NCBI RefSeq assembly: GCF_006345805.1 | Contig: NC_042997.1 | Location: forward strand, 193,936,001 to 194,000,000 | Direction of reading: 5' to 3' | DNA length: 64,000 bases | DNA from: Octopus sinensis | Taxonomy: Eukaryota | In this document: one piece after another, positions 62,724 through 64,000 of the stretch | Layout: every line of letters starts with the position of its first letter | How positions within the stretch are numbered: position 1 is the first letter of the stretch | Notes under the pieces: model-generated | Told to the model about the DNA's origin: nothing | The model's input: only the letters and a program-made list of their open reading frames with translations | Databases searched by the model: none | Program-made: the position numbers and the translations under genes

Positions 62724-62807
62724 ATTCTCGACATATGTTTCGAAGGCTGCATATTCCTAATTCCGAAGGAAGAAGGAGTACATTATGCAGATTTCTCATC
62801 AGGAAAA
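62724..62807 (-). ncRNA. Type I hammerhead ribozyme, unrelated sequence family
   Basis: Minus strand: AUUUUC-CUGAUGA-GAAAUCUGCAUA..UAUGCAGCCUUC-GAA-ACAUAUGU-C-GAGAAU. Stem III is palindromic and the cleavage triplet is GUC. Confidence 0.7.
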
Positions 62808-62936
62808 TCAAGGAACTTATGTCGACATCAAAATGCACAAAACACTTTTAGCTGACCGCTCTCAAGGAGCCCATGGCGATAATCTTTCATATACATACAT
62901 ACATACATACATACATACATACATACATACATACAT

Positions 62937-62971
<35 letters not shown>

Positions 62972-63061
62972 TCTACCGATGAGTCATGATGTAACTAGGA
63001 CACTGTATAACGAGACCCGTCTAATATAATATAATAACAATAATGATAATAATAATAATAA

Positions 63062-63945
63062 GCACACCCATTAGTGGCTACGGGGCTCAGGTTAACAGGC
63101 AAAGAGCGAAGGCTTTATCTTGGCTGCCCAAGATCAGAGCTTATTAACCCGGAACTTTGAAGCCAATGTGATGAAAAATGGTGTAGACCCAAAATGCCGA
63201 TACTGCAACGATGGGAGAGAAAAAGTCGACCACCTAATCTCTGGATGTAAGGTTTTAGTACCTGTAGAGTACAAATCAAGACATGACAGAGTTTGCCGAT
63301 ATCTATATTAGATAATGTGTCGGCATTATAAAATCAAAGATACTGACAAATGGTTCAATCACCACCCTGAGGCTGTAACTGAGGTAAAGAATGTAACTAT
63401 TCTATGGGACTTCCCACTATGTACAGACCGGACCATCAAAGCAAATAAACCAGATATTGTTGTGAAAGGCCAAAACAATAAAGTTCGTTTATTGACTGAC
63501 ATGAGCATACCCTGTGACCATAATATTTCGGCAAAAGAATTTGATAAGCTCAGAAAATATAAAGATTTGCTAATCGAAATCGAAAAGATGTGGCATCTCA
63601 AGACAGTTACAATACCAGTGATTGTAGGAGCATTTGGGATGATAAAAAAAGAAACTGAAAGTTATCTAAGAATGATCCCTGGCTTACCATCCATGCAGGA
63701 AGTGCAAAAGATTGTCTTAACTGGTAAGTCACACGTATTGAGAAGAGCATTGTCGCTGTAAATTCTCTTTCCTTTTTCTCACAGTCTTCCCCTTTTTCTT
63801 TATCACATGACTTTGTAAATAAACAATCAAGTGTGCTTGTTTTAATGGCCTACCAATGTATACAGTACGTCTCCGTACCCTAGGTGTCAAGAAGACACTC
63901 AGCAAGAAATGGAACCAGAATTGAATGAAGATGCTGATGAAAATG
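63062..63945 (+). mobile_element. R4/Dong-clade LINE 3' fragment embedded in (TAA)n
   Basis: ORFs 63120-63311 and 63315-63761 (DPKCRYCNDGREKVDHL, RHDRV, ILWDFPLCTDRTIKANKPDIVV, KYKDL); same subfamily as 40620-42620. Confidence 0.92.
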
Positions 63946-64000
63946 GTAATAATAATGATGATAATAATAATAATAATAATAATGATAATAATAATAATAA

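Overview
This is AT-rich, repeat-dense eukaryotic genomic DNA. The SINE repertoire and microsatellite load suggest an octopod cephalopod; that is an inference. Two host genes are supported. (1) The last nine coding exons of SART3 (Prp24/p110, the U4/U6 recycling factor; + strand, 16-22714): two RRMs and the C-terminal LSm-binding motif MSNDDFRKMLLK, with all introns GT-AG and frame-consistent. (2) An IL-17-like secreted cystine-knot cytokine (- strand, 46435-46845). The rest is TE debris: several tRNA-derived SINE families, RTE, CR1/L2-like and R4/Dong LINEs, Penelope-like (PLE) RT and GIY-YIG fragments, Tc1/mariner, hAT, pogo, piggyBac and Helitron-like non-autonomous elements, a solo LTR, microsatellites and a 100-N gap. 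The most notable unexplained structure is a 3-kb divergent (inverted) tandem array of a ~505-bp unit (58252-61227). Each unit carries a complete type I hammerhead ribozyme fold (retrozyme/PLE-like). Two further near-intact hammerheads of unrelated sequence (28081-28126 and 62724-62807) and several decayed ones occur elsewhere, two of them directly behind PLE GIY-YIG remnants. Every R4/Dong copy abuts a (TAA)n tract on at least one side. All of this was read by eye; no database search or folding program was run.
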